From Octopus sinensis (Eukaryota): DNA of 64,000 nt. A model generated the notes under the pieces. That model saw nothing but the letters and a program-made list of their open reading frames with translations. It searched no databases and was not told the DNA's origin. The number at the start of each line of letters is the position of its first letter. The stretch's first letter is position 1. A program made the translations under genes and the position numbers. Shown here in pieces: positions 51,401 through 64,000 of the stretch. Location: positions 141,050,001 to 141,114,000 of the forward strand of contig NC_043000.1 of assembly GCF_006345805.1 (NCBI RefSeq), read 5' to 3'.

Positions 51401-52147
51401 GTCTCCCCAAAAATTACAGCCAAACATGATACATATTTATTTGCCTTTTATACCTACGTGTGTGTTATGACCTATCGGCAGAAAAACAGCAGTTTCAATC
51501 GTGGAGTAAATCATAATCTTAATAATAATATACGGTAAAGTTAATTAATTAATAATTTTACCAAGTAGTCAGTACATTAAAAAAAACCTTTTTAGGTAAA
51601 TTATACAAAATATTATATAATTATATACACGATTATATATATATATATATATAATCCCCAGCACTTGTTTTGCACATATATACTCATGAATGAATTTGCA
51701 TGTATGTGTGTGCATGTGTGTGTGCATGTGTGTATGCATAGATGTAAACATGCACACCCATGTACAGATGCACACACATATGTGCACAGGCATGCAAAAC
51801 TATATGAGTGCATCTACATACCCACATATAGAACTATATACTTGCACATGTTGCCTCTTCTTTGTTCCCTGCCAACAACCTGATTGATTTCTAATTGCCA
51901 CATGGTCTATTTCCAGTCCTCCACATGGTCAGTTTCCTGTTCACCATGTGGTATTTTCCAGCTAACTGTTACCTATATACCAACATCAAACCATGACATT
52001 GTGTGACATTCCTCAACCAATTGCAGCCCACCTTACAGTAATAACAATCAACTTCTGCCATTCAAATTCAGAATGGCTGACGACTAGCATCACACTTGAA
52101 ACTTAAGAGTACCAACAAATTTGAATCAAACTGTTTTGATCCATATC

Positions 52148-52523
52148 TCTTTACTCTTTTACTTGTTTCAGTCATTTGACTGCGGCCATGCTGGAGCACC
52201 ACCTTTAGTCGAGCAAATCGACCCCGGGACTTATTCTTTGTAAGCCCAGTACTTATTCTATGAGTCTCTTTTGCCGAACTGCTAAGTAACGGGGACGTAA
52301 ACACACCAGCATCGGTTGTCAAGCAATGCTAGGGGGACAAACACACACACACACATACATATATATATACATATATACGACAGGCTTCTTTCAGTTTCCG
52401 TCTACCAAATCCACTCACAAGGCATTGGTCGGCCCGGGGCTATAGCAGAAGACACTTTCCCAAGATGCCACGCAGTGGGACTGAACCCGGAACCATGTGG
52501 TAGGTTAGCAAGCTACTTACCAC
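52148..52523 (-). mobile_element. CORE-like SINE family B (head clipped)
   Basis: Near-identical reverse of 61500-61918; ends at CCACAG where the palindrome begins. Confidence 0.9.
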
Positions 52524-52788
52524 AGTTTTGAATGGTACAACAATGCCCTATCATAAAGACAATGGACTATATACCTGTTGTAATTTAGTCATCCATAGTC
52601 TGATATGATATTTCGGAATAATATTCCTTCTTCAGATATTCTAAGATGGAGTAGCGGTGATTCCATCTTAGAATATCTGAAGAAGGAATATTATTCCGAA
52701 ATATCATATCAGACTATGGATGACTAAATTACAACAGGTGAATAGTCCATTGTGTGTATTATAGTGCATTGTTGTACCATTCAAAACT
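52524..52788. repeat. 265-bp palindrome with perfect 78-bp inner stem
   Basis: ACCTGTTG...AAGATGGA is the exact reverse complement of TCCATCTT...CAACAGGT around an 11-nt loop; outer arms of about 48 bp are diverged. Confidence 0.9.
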
Positions 52789-52840
52789 TTTTATTCTTTA
52801 CAAACAAAACACAATGCTTCAAGTGAACTACAATACTTTC

Positions 52841-52898
<58 letters not shown>

Positions 52899-53001
52899 TA
52901 ATCATCATTGTTTAACGTCTGCTTACCATGCTAGCATGGGTTGGATGATTTGACTGAGGTCTGGCGAACCAGATGGCTGCATATATATATATATATATAT
53001 A

Positions 53002-53211
53002 GCGGGAAACTTTACGAAAATAAACAAAAGACGAAGGCAGGTGGAGTACAAACAAGCAATTGTATTAGTATGGCGCTCAGGAATAGAAATAAAACAAGTC
53101 TTTTACGTTTCGAGCCTACGCTCTTCAACAGAAAGATACACAGAAAAGAAACACGGAGAGAAACAATGGGAGAAAAAAAAAGCGTGCAGGAGCTAACGAT
53201 TCAACATGGCG
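53002..53211 (-). mobile_element. Short Penelope-like terminal element in (TA)n with hammerhead-like motif
   Basis: TCTTT-CTGTTGA-A-GAGC-GTAG-GCTC-GAAACGT-A-AAAGA at 53099-53136; (TA)n on both sides. Confidence 0.6.
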
Positions 53212-53214
53212 ATA

Positions 53215-53270
<56 letters not shown>

Positions 53271-55834
53271 TACATATATATATTACATATATACATAAAT
53301 AAATAAATGGAGTTTAAAGTAAACCCAAAGTTTCTACCTTAAAAAACAAGGAGTTACAACCTCTACTTGTGTGATTTTTTGCTACCCTGGTAACTATTTA
53401 CCTATTTTTCCTGTGTTAATTGTTAACAATGGAAAAATAGACTCCTCTGTTTATATATATATATATAATAATAATTCAGTAAAATTTAGTTGATGAATAA
53501 ATGTCTTTATATAATCAAGACAGTTACTGGCAAAATGTGAGAAAAACATTGAAAGTAAAGTGACAAATGACTTATATTAACAATTAAGCCAATTTATGCC
53601 CCCCCCCCCGCCTGATAAGATTACTCGCATAAATTGATATTTCGGTCAAAATAGAACTTCTACATCGCCACAATGTGTTAGAAATAGTTATCAAATGTCT
53701 ATCAAATTGTACCCATTTATCTTAAAAATAGAAAGAGTGCATTTAACAAAGCAGTTTTAAACATATGTAAAAATGAGACCGGCAAGCTGGAATGCCTTTG
53801 ATCACAGATCTGCTACATTAGAGATAACCTGGGCTTAAGCAATAACAATAGCAGATAATTTTAATTATAGTTTGATTCAAAGCCTCTCCTGGCCAAATGC
53901 ATTCTTGAAATTAAAATGATGAAAGGCATTCTTGAAATTACAATCATATTTGTTTTTCTTTTTATTAGATTTAACATATTTTGATTTTTATTTTATTATC
54001 TGCTACATTCTTTCCTCTTTTAAGATGTTACAGTGTGAACTGAAAGTAATTTGGTTGCTATTTCTAGCAGTTCAAGTCTTGGATCGTGCATAGAGACTTG
54101 GGTTTTGTTGTTGATTCTACAGTATTATCTCTAAAGAGTTTGTACAATTTTTTACATTTTGCTGTTTATTTTCTTTCCTTGGAAGTGAGCAAATTTTTTC
54201 CAGTATTCTCAGTTAACAAATGAAGTAAATTTTTAAGATTTTCTTTTCATTCCTAGTTTTCAAGCAGGAAAGATCACTTCATCGTTTGCCATCTTGGAAA
54301 GAAAATTTGTACATCTAGATTTTAGATTAGATTGGTTGAACATTATAAATAACACATAGCAAGTAGTTTCAATGTTTTATGCATCAGTTAAAGATTTTAT
54401 AGTTCATAGTTTTCACTAGAGTTATTAGGTGATGGGAAAGAATATTTTCTTAGTCATTTTAGTCATAAAACTCAAGAGAATCTTCTTTTTGCTCTATATT
54501 CTTGCCTTTACAGAATGACAGCAAACTTATGCTTTGCCCTCTTCCCAACCAGAACTCATTAGCAATACCCTAAAACAGAATCAGTTTTTTTGTCCACTTC
54601 TCTCACATTTAAGTTGTCTTAAAGTACAAGACACATTTAAGATGAATGAGCAGTCAGGTTGCTGAATCGCATTTTCAGCCAGTTTGCCATACAAAGTATG
54701 TTTATTTATCTATTTTTTCTGCTTTTACCTTAGAAACATTATCCACTTGTACCAGGTGTGATATACAAAAGAAAATTTGATTTTAGAACATACATATAAT
54801 ATTTTCTCTTTTTTTCAACATGATTTATATAAATTTTACTTTTATTTACGTTGTGTATGAAACATAAATTTTTCTACGTATGAATAACTATCAACTTCAC
54901 ACCTGTACTTCATGACCTTTGAAAGTATAAATTTGATGTAACCACTTTGAATTATGGCAAAACTACTCAAGAAGTGGTCTTCACTTTGAAGGTATGTAGA
55001 AGAAAATAAGAGAAGTATTATAATTAAATTACTGTTATCACTGTCCATACTTACATTTTCATATATCAAATATAATTTCTAAAACCATTTCTCAGCTTTA
55101 ACTATCTTTCATCTATCCTCTATTGGCTACAGAGAATCTAGCTATAAGGCTGCATAGGAATCGCCACATCTTTAAAGACAAGTTCTATTTTTTGTGTAAA
55201 TAACCAGAGTATTTAGAAAGCAACTAAATAGTAAACTATTTGCATCACTTTAATGAGCTGTATAACAGTTGTCCTTTCTCTGTGTATTATTGTTGGTCTG
55301 CATCCTAACACAAGGTCATTGATACTGTTACTAATCTTGTGCATCTGGTCCTTATGTTCCTGTTAACTGAATAGGGAAAATGATGGTTTCAGAGTATGCT
55401 ATAGTTGTGTTTCTAGAATGCTGTACACATTCCTACATATCTGAAGGTAATTATGCATGTATTGCCATTGGCTTTGAGAAATGAAAGTTGCTGAGACCAA
55501 ACTATTTCCTTTGGATTTTCAGGTGATTTTTTTTCATTTTGAGCATTTTTCATTTGTTCAGTAGGTTGTCTGTGGATCTGGTCCGGATGAAATCCAGAGA
55601 TAATGGGAAATGTGTTTTTGTATTTGTAGTTTATTGTGGGACAATTGCAGTTTCTGACTGAATTCACATTGGATTTGATGCCTTTTTTATGTGCTAATAT
55701 TGTTTCTTTGTTATGACCTCATGTGATACCTAAAATGTATATGAATGACACTAATTTCTTTGTTATACATTCTATATGCTACTGTGAATAATGTGATAGA
55801 ACTATATACATAAAATTAGTATTCTTTTTTTTTG

Positions 55835-56230
55835 CTTGGCACCTTGGGCAAGTGTTTTCTACTATAGCCTCAGGCCAACCAAAGCCTTGTGAGTGGATTT
55901 GGTAGATGGAAACTGAAAGAAGCTGTCATATGTAAATATACATATATATATTACACACCCATAACACATATAATATACATATATATATACATATATATAT
56001 GTATATACTATGTATATATGTATATATATATGTATTATGTATTGTATCTTTTTTGTCCCCTACCACTGCTTTAAAAAGGTGTTGCTGTGGTTTTTTATGA
56101 TTCCCTGTACTTCGCAGCTTGGCAAAAGAAACCATAGAATAAGTACTAGTCCTGGGGTTGATATCTTTGACTAAAGGTGGTGCTCCAGCATGGTCACAGT
56201 CAAATGACTGAAACAAGTAAAAGAATAAAA
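55835..56230 (+). mobile_element. CORE-like SINE family B (5' truncated, expanded internal microsatellite)
   Basis: GGCACCTTGGGCAAGTG...GGAAACTGAAAGAAGC, (TA)n, tail GGTGCTCCAGCATGG. Confidence 0.8.
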
Positions 56231-57019
56231 GAATATGATGTTCTTTGCTGTTGATGCTAAGAAGGGCAAAGTGCATATTGGTAGATATTTTATATTGATA
56301 AATTTGGTAACCTGGATTCAAGTGATTGGAATATTTGGTGCAGCTGTGTCTTAGATAGGAGAGCTTGAGTTAAATGGGATGTTGTGTGTTTATAGATGGG
56401 GTGGTAAGCAAGTCATGTATGTATTGGTTGTAAAACAGGGCGAGGGATCAGATCTTTAGTAGTTTCTATAGGACTTCAAGCTAGCATTAGTTTATTATGG
56501 AAGTAAAGACAAGAACAGTTGATGTCAAAGTTCCGGTAAATATTTCAATAACGAAATAAAGCCTAAATCCTGCCAATGTCCATGATGTGTTTTATATTGC
56601 TTAGACAATTCTCATAAATCACTCACCTTGTTAATTACACGTAAGAATATCAGCTTAATCAATAACAACTTCAATAGTGACAAGACCACTACCAACACTA
56701 ATGTCTCAAATTTTTTTAAAGCAAACCATGGCAGAACCCACATGATTGCTTGACCTGCAGGAAATAGGAGAACATCCGTTTCAATTATGCCCTATTGTCT
56801 TTTAAAAAATGATGGACATATGAAATGATTTTGCCCTAGATATGTGCGTCTGAGTAAAAGATGGGATAGACATGACTAGAAGCTTTTTATCATTGATCTG
56901 CTTCATCAGCTGTGACTTGGATCTTGACAACAACAAATGTCATTAAGAAACATCCCAGGAGACTTTAGACTTGTTTGAGAAATAATGTTTTAAGTATTTC
57001 TAGGTCTTGTATTGATTTA

Positions 57020-57115
57020 TTGGAGCCTGGTGCAGCCATCTGGTTCGCCAGACTCAGTCAAACCGTCCAACCCATGATAGCATGGAAAGTGGACGTTAAA
57101 TGATGATGATGATGA
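57020..57115 (+). mobile_element. Short RTE 3' end
   Basis: GGAGCCTGGTGCAGCC...CCCATGATAGCATGG...(GAT)n. Confidence 0.75.
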
Positions 57116-58269
57116 AGGTCTGGGGTTTTACTGTTGCCACAGAGATGTGAATTGATAAGATAAAGTATTGTCATCATCATCATCAACATCATTGTTGTTT
57201 TCAGCATCATGTGTCATTGCGCTTATCATCATCATCATTTTAACGTCCATTTGTTTATGCTTGTATGGAATTCATTGAGGCAGATTTTCTATTGCTTGAT
57301 GGCTTTCTTCTTGCTAATCCTCATCTGTTTTCCCAGCAAAGTAATACTTTCTCGTGACTAAACATGTTTCATGAAAGATTGGAAACAAAAGACATTACTT
57401 GTGCACAGTGACACTTGTTTCACTCTAACATGTGATATCAAGACAGGGAGACTCAAACACACACAACACAAAACATACATACACAACCCACCACCATATA
57501 TCAGCACTCTTTCAGTTTTTGCCAACCAAATTCATTTGTCAGCCTGAAGTTATATTAGAAGGCATTTCCTCATGGTTCCACAGAGTGAGAGAGAACGTGA
57601 AACGATGTGGTTGGGAAGAAACTTCTTAACCACACAGCCATGGTGTGAGTATACACATACATAGAGAAAAGGCATTAGAGCAATCATGATAAAATTCAAG
57701 TTGAAAGCCTTATGAAAATAATGGTTTCAAATGTATGCATGAGGCCAGAAATGTTTAGGAGAGAGTGTATAATTATTTATATCAACCTAAGTATTTGACA
57801 GGCAGTTATTTTATCAACATAGGAAGATAAAGATGAAATGAGCAAGATTTGAAGTCAATTTGTAGTGATTCTATTTATTGCCACCATAAAGCAATTTGTC
57901 TGACTCTAACAATCTTGCTAAAGAATGATTAAAACAAAAATGGTCCGGATAATTTCCCAAGGTTTCGTTAAACAACTTCAAAGAAATTCCTCCTCTCCAC
58001 TCCCAAATAGATAAGTCAAACTGAAACATCAGAATTCAGTTTCAGTGCTCGAAAAGATCCACTATCTAACAAGAATTTATTTTTCATTATGATAAAAATG
58101 GTTAAAAAAAAGACCTGCATGCATTTGAGACAAAAGTAAAACTTGCACTCATAGACCCGAGTAAAAATATTGTTTTCTGATATTGACAAATATTGACTAA
58201 TAAAAACAAAGTTTACTTTGGTAGGATTTGAATAGAGAATGAAAAGTGTTGAAAGTAAATACCACAAGG

Positions 58270-59230
58270 CAATTTGTCTGGTATTCTAATGACAGCAAAA
58301 TCATTATCAATTTCGTTTATCATTGTTATCACCAGGACTGGCTGTATGTTAAGTTGGTAGGCCATGTCTAACTTAATAGCCCACCTGATGGTTATTTGAT
58401 CCGGGTTAAGTCCGTTTGCGTGGAGTTCTTGTTGGACAATTGTCTTATCTACTTGAAGGAGTCCCCGACCGATTCCGTTGCAAGTGGGGATTTTTGATAG
58501 ACGGGAAATGTTAAATAGGGCAGGGCCACCACCTGATAGGTATTTGAATCCTTAAGTCAAGTTTTGTTCAAGTAGTGAGTTCTTGTGGGTGAGTTGTATC
58601 CAATTAGTGGCTTATCTGGTTCGTTGAAGGAGTCTATCCAGATTCCGTTTAAAGTGATGGATCCTTTTCCTCCTTGATCTCCCTCGGGACAATGTTAAAT
58701 AGGGCAGGCCTGTTGAGAAAAGAAATTATGTGCAGTGTACCCTATTGATCGTGAATAGGATGTATGGCAATGGTCCAGTTATGATGAATGAAGTAATGTT
58801 ATGGTGTTTGGGCAAAGTGGCGGTATATTCTCCACATCATACAATGATGTACACTCACGGCGACGCGATGGGGAGTAAAGTTCAAGGCTTTAAGGCTCGG
58901 ATCCCAATATCGAGAGCAGCCATGCCTTAATTCGTTTAGTGAGTGCCCTTGGGGTGACTCAATCCTCGAGATGTTTTGTCTGTATGGAGAGACCACAGTG
59001 GGCAGCAGTATTCAAAGTGTGGCCGTACAAAGGAGGAGAAAAGTGGTATGATGACACTTGTCCTGGACCGGATTGTTGCAGTCATCATCATTAGAATGGC
59101 ATTAACTTTTTCCATGCTTGCATGGTTCAGGCAGGAATTTTTGAGGTATCATATTATGCCTGGATGCTCTTCCTTACAATATTTCTTATCTGTTTCAGAG
59201 TAAGTTTCTTTGTTGTACGTTCTTACACAC
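58270..59230 (-). mobile_element. CR1-like LINE 3' fragment
   Basis: SFVRPHFEYCCPLWS..ISRIESPQ..YWD.SLKALN..MWRIY, then FKRNLD; frameshifted. Confidence 0.7.
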
Positions 59231-59451
59231 CAAGCTACCAAGTTGTTAGATATTTTTTAGTTAAAGTGAACTGAAATATGCCTTTACAACTCAAGCAATG
59301 TCAAAGCAAATATTTGTGAAACCAAAGACTTATACACAAGCATGTACTCATATGTGTGTGTGTGTGTGTGTGTGTTGTGTATATATATGTGTGTGTGTGT
59401 GTGTACATATATATACATATTTATGTATATCTATCTATGTATCTACCTATG

Positions 59452-59832
59452 TACTGTCTGATCAAAAAGTATTGTGGCTGTTGCTATGGTACTTGAATTC
59501 AGGGCTGTTGCAGAGTACTTGAATTTTGTCATCTATGCAGATTAAGTTATAACGTTCTCACATACTTCTGTTGTTTATAGCAGTGCTTGGAAGTGAAGTG
59601 TGTAGAGTGTGGTCATCACAGAAAGATTAATGGGTTTCAGCCATACAGGATCTCTTTGATCTTTTTGAGAAAGACAAACACTTTTTGAAAACAGCCATGC
59701 TTCCATCAATGGTAACGATTCTGGATAAAGTGTATGATTTCAGAAGAGGGACTACTTCAAAGGAGATTAATTGCCAAATTCTAGTTTTCTTTTTATAGCA
59801 CCAGTCCCAATACGTTTTAGTCAGACCTTGTA
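59452..59832 (+). mobile_element. Internally deleted mariner-like element
   Basis: TIRs TACTGTCTGATCAAAAAGTATTG / CAATACGTTTTAGTCAGACCTTGTA; C-terminal GDYFKGD* motif. Confidence 0.75.
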
Positions 59833-60308
59833 TGAATGCATATAACGCGTTTCTGAGTAGTCCCTGTTCCATCAATTTTCACTCACAATGCATATATCAT
59901 ATCAGAGCTGTAGTGGGAAACACTTGACCAAAAAGTTATGCAGTGCAGTCACACCTAGCAACGATCCTGCAAAAAGAACCTCTTAACCATATTGCCATTC
60001 AGCTCATCTGACTCCCTTCAAATACTTATAGAGCAGTTTTTCCATATTCAAGAGAAATACATGAATCTCATCTATTTTGGATAGCCTGTGAGGGGGGCAA
60101 GGAATAGTCTCTTTCACTAGATCAAGAAAATGAAATACTAGATTTTTTCAATTCATAAAGCTAGAAAGACAAAGGACTTGTTCTGTATGTTGTATGTCAT
60201 AAGTTTGGAACGTATATTTAATGTGAATTATAGCTTATAGTTTTGGTATGATACTAAGCAGGTGCTCATTCTAAATTAATGAAATTACAGTGCAATTAGT
60301 CATAGATT

Positions 60309-60740
60309 TGTAACAGGATGAGGGTTTTCCGCACTGGATGGGTGCTGCTCGCATCCTTTACATCAAATATTAATTGAAGAAAGAGTCAAGATTTTCCATT
60401 AACTTCAATAGTATAAATATTTATTCCTTGATTCGCAATATAAATATTTCATTCCTCTGGGCAAATCGGCAACCTAGGAGCTTATCAGCAGTAGTCTAGT
60501 GGAGTGAGTCAATCTTGCTCATTCAAGCATAACAGGGATGCACCATCAGGTAGCAGCTTGAGAGAGCTGCTGGAGACACATCTGTATCATTCAGCTGCTA
60601 GCGTCAAAAAGAGAGATACAAGAGAATTTTGCTGCTGCTAGTTTTCTGCACATGCACATGAGGGAACTTCTGGATAGGCCTTCTGGAAGATTCCAACTCT
60701 GCGCATGTATGCTGGAGATTTCCAAGATGGTGTCACTACA
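60309..60740. mobile_element. Solo LTR (432 bp)
   Basis: TGTAACA...ACTACA with 4-bp TSD GATT; inverted homologue of 37576-38005. Confidence 0.85.
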
Positions 60741-61499
60741 GATTAATGACCATGGACTAATTTAAGGGTTTATGGTAGATGACAGACAAGACTTTTTCTG
60801 TTTCATAAACAAATCAAGTTTTGTGAAGAGAGAGATAAGGATTGTAAATTGTTACTGATTCACTTCAGATCAACTTGAATTAAACAGATCTATGATCAGA
60901 AGCACACAATCAAATTTTTTTTGTATCTCTGGGAATACACTGTGCCATGTTTCATATTTCTTATGGTAGTAAGGTATCATCAAAAATGATGTAGTTGCTA
61001 TTTCTAGCCGACTGAACAACCATGCAGAAGCACTTAGTGTTAATGGCTAGAATTACAGAGCAGGTGTTTCTGAAATTGCTTCTTTCAATGATAGAGAATG
61101 CCATCATGGTGACATGCACTAGATGTTAAGTAAATTATTACAGAACAAATCAATTGTTTCAAATGCACACACATACATATACACACATGCACATATTATC
61201 ATCAGCAGCAGTAACAGAAGTACTACCATTATCCTCATCAACATCAATTCTTGTAGATCTCTACTCTCTAATTTTAAATCCTGCTGAAGTCAGCATTGCT
61301 TTTCTTCTTTTTAGACTCAGTCCTGTGCTTGAGTAGATTCCTGTCTTTCTAATTCTTTCTTCTTTAATCTGTTTCTTCCTAAGACATACCACATGTCACA
61401 ACAGTATCCTTACGACACCACCACGAAACTGAGAACCTACAGCATGGCGTATATACATATATACATACATAGCATATATACATATATACATACATATGC

Positions 61500-61665
61500 A
61501 GGCGCAGGAGTGGCTATGTGGTAAGTAGCTTGCTAACCAACCACATGGTTCCGGGTTCAGTCCCACTGCATGGCATCTTGGGCAAGTGTCTTCTACTATA
61601 GCCCCAGGCTGACCAATGCCTTGTGAGTGGATTTGGTAGACAGAAACTGAAAGAAGCCTGTCGTA

Positions 61666-61705
<40 letters not shown>

Positions 61706-61918
61706 CGTGTATGTGCTTGTGTGTCTGTGTTTGTCCCCCTAGCATTGATTGACAACCGATGCTGGTGTGTTTATGTCCCCGTCACTTAGCGGTTCGGCAA
61801 AAAGAGACCGATAGAATAAGTACTGGGCTTACAAAGAATAAGTCCCGGGGTCGATTTGCTCGACTGAAGGTGGTGCTCCAGCATGGCCGCAGTCAAATGA
61901 CTGAAACAAGTAAAAGAG
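61500..61918 (+). mobile_element. Full-length CORE-like SINE family B
   Basis: Head GGCGCAGGAGTGGCTATGTGG, GGTTCAGTCCC, GGCATCTTGGGCAAGTGTC, internal (TA)n, tail AAGTAAAAGAG. Confidence 0.9.
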
Positions 61919-62097
61919 AGTATGCATGTATGTTAAAAGAACAAAACCTTATTTATACAAAATTGCATAATATCTTTATTATCATGTCTCAAATATACTC
62001 TTAAATCCTGTAAAACAAATCTTCTCAGTTTTTTTCATCTTTTTTCTTTCTCTATTTATATCAACCACATGTTTCCCCACTAAAATATTTTCTACCT

Positions 62098-62129
<32 letters not shown>

Positions 62130-62609
62130 CAAATTAGAGATAAAACCACTATTAGGCAAATCAAACAGTGAAAATCATAAGCCAATACATAGAAATAAAA
62201 TTAATTAAAAAATATATAAAAAATATAAAATATGAAATATAAAAATCCAATTGAAATATTTAAATTAAAGTTGAAATTTTAAAAAATTTTTTACAATTAT
62301 TTAAATTAATATTTTAAACTTATAAGTTATAAATATATATATTTTTTAAAATTATTTTATTTAATTCTTATTTTTTTATTTATTTTATTTTTCTAAATAT
62401 TTTTTTTTTATTTTTCTAAATATTTTTTTTTTATTTTTTAATATTTATATTTTTATTTATTTATTTATATATATTTTTTTAATAAACTATCAAAAAATAT
62501 TAAAAGTTTAATATAAGATATAGTTTGCTGCTCTGTTAAGGTAATATAAAAAAATGTACTCCATCTAGTGAGAGATAAATATAATTTACTGTATACTGTA
62601 TTAAAATAG

Positions 62610-62965
62610 GAGCTACTTATAGTTTCTTGCCATTAAGACACGTGGATAAGTAGGTGTTTTAAAAATATGACATGTTTCTCCAAACAATATTCAGGATGTG
62701 AGCACATGGTTTGTTCTATTTGAATATCAGTACTTTGGTACATGAGAAAGAATGAGAAGGTTGATGCCAAAAAGTGGAATGCGAAGATTAAGGGTGAATA
62801 AAAAAGGAACAAAGAAAGGGAAGAAAAGAAAGAAAATTAGAGTAAGCAGTTTTCAAAGAGAACAAAAGCATGTACTCAGAGCCCAAAGATTGTTTAGAGA
62901 CACAAAGCACATTAGAAAAACCTGCCTATCCACATGTCTTAATGGCAAGAAACTGTTAGTAGCTC
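62610..62965. repeat. 50-bp inverted repeats enclosing about 255 bp (MITE-like)
   Basis: 62610-62660 is the near-exact reverse complement of 62916-62965. Confidence 0.55.
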
Positions 62966-63014
62966 TTATATATTATATTTTAATTTAATAATACATATCA
63001 TATATTATGTGTGA

Positions 63015-63350
63015 ATGTGCATAGCTTAGTGGTTAAAGTGCTGGGCTCATGATCCTGAGGTGGTGAGTTTGATTCCTGGACCAGATTGTGTATTGTGTTC
63101 TTGAGCAAGACAACTTATTTCACATTTTTCCACTTCATTCACTTGTAGAAATGAGTTGCAATATCACTGGTGGTAAGCTGTACTGGCTTTTGCCTTTCCC
63201 TTGGATAAAATGTGACATGGAGACGGGCGGTTGGTTTGCATAGGTGACTGCTGGTCTTCCATAAACAAGACAACCTTGCCTGGACTTGTGCCTTGGAGGG
63301 GAACTTTCTAGGTGCAATACCATGGTCATTCATGATTGAAGGGGGTCCTT
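63015..63350 (+). mobile_element. tRNA-headed SINE family D
   Basis: GTGCATAGCTTAGTGGTTAAAG...GAGTTTGATTCC; body shared with 46610-46975. Confidence 0.7.
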
Positions 63351-64000
63351 TTGCTTCTCATATATTATATATATATATATATTTATTCATACACACACAC
63401 ATTTATATATACACATATATATATATTCATACACACACACACACATTTATATATACACACATACATACATATTTATCTCTATCTATCTATCTATCTATCT
63501 ATATAATGTATATGTCTATATATGTGTGTGTGTTGAAAAAAAGGAGGCAGTCAGAATTTTGGATAATTCTTTATTAGCATTTTCGTTCATTTTTTGAACT
63601 CAGCAAGACAAAATCAAAACCAAAATGGTAAAAACAGAACGTTTTGTTGTTCATTTACATGAAGCGATGACTTTTTAGCTTTGTTTAGAGGAGGAGAATA
63701 TTGTTTTTGCTTTTTTGGAAAAAGGGGGAGAGAGAGAAAGAAAGCAAAGAGGGGGAATAGACTAAGAGAGAGGTTTCAAAACAATCAAGAAAGAGGAGAA
63801 AATTTAATAAAGGATGGGGAAAGGATATATAGATAGATAGAGGTTTCTTTTCAATTTGATGTGGTTGTGGTCAATTCCCAGAAATTTCATTATAAAGCAT
63901 TTTTTCTGTTTTTCTTTCTTTTTTCTTTCCATTGTAGCCAACACCTACCAAAATTAGCGAAGCAAAGAAAACCCAATTCTTCCCAGAAAATTTCTTATTA

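Noticed and set aside
40191-55447. Plus-strand micro-exon chain (about 31338-31391, 40191-40223, 44550-44583, 55418-55447) and minus-strand candidates at 18765-18794, 44525-44605, about 20550-20595 and about 9400
   Set aside because: Good-looking splice sites are common by chance in AT-rich DNA; peptides are unrecognisable and the strands conflict.

Overview
Eukaryotic, AT-rich, microsatellite-dense, repeat-dominated DNA. The SINE and LINE families and the simple-repeat load point to an octopod cephalopod (inference from recalled families, not a database hit). I recognise no intact host protein-coding gene, rRNA, true tRNA or CRISPR array; the window looks intronic or intergenic, with at most a few unconfirmed small exons. 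Most listed ORFs are microsatellite or repeat-UTR artefacts. Supported content: about 15 RTE-clade LINE pieces (two with long, nearly intact RT C-terminal ORFs), CR1/L2-like and R2/R4(Dong)-like fragments, at least five tRNA-headed SINE families, remnants of CMC-Chapaev3, hAT, Tc1/mariner and Tigger DNA transposons, two solo LTRs with 4-bp TSDs, and several long palindromes. The most interesting signals are minimal type I hammerhead-ribozyme-like motifs, one inside a tRNA-headed SINE; a 265-bp palindrome with a perfect 78-bp inner stem; SINE dimers and domain-swapped SINEs; modular tandem arrays in RTE 3' UTRs; and two complementary Chapaev3 pieces overlapping by 30 bp. Coordinates were counted by hand and may be off by a few bases.
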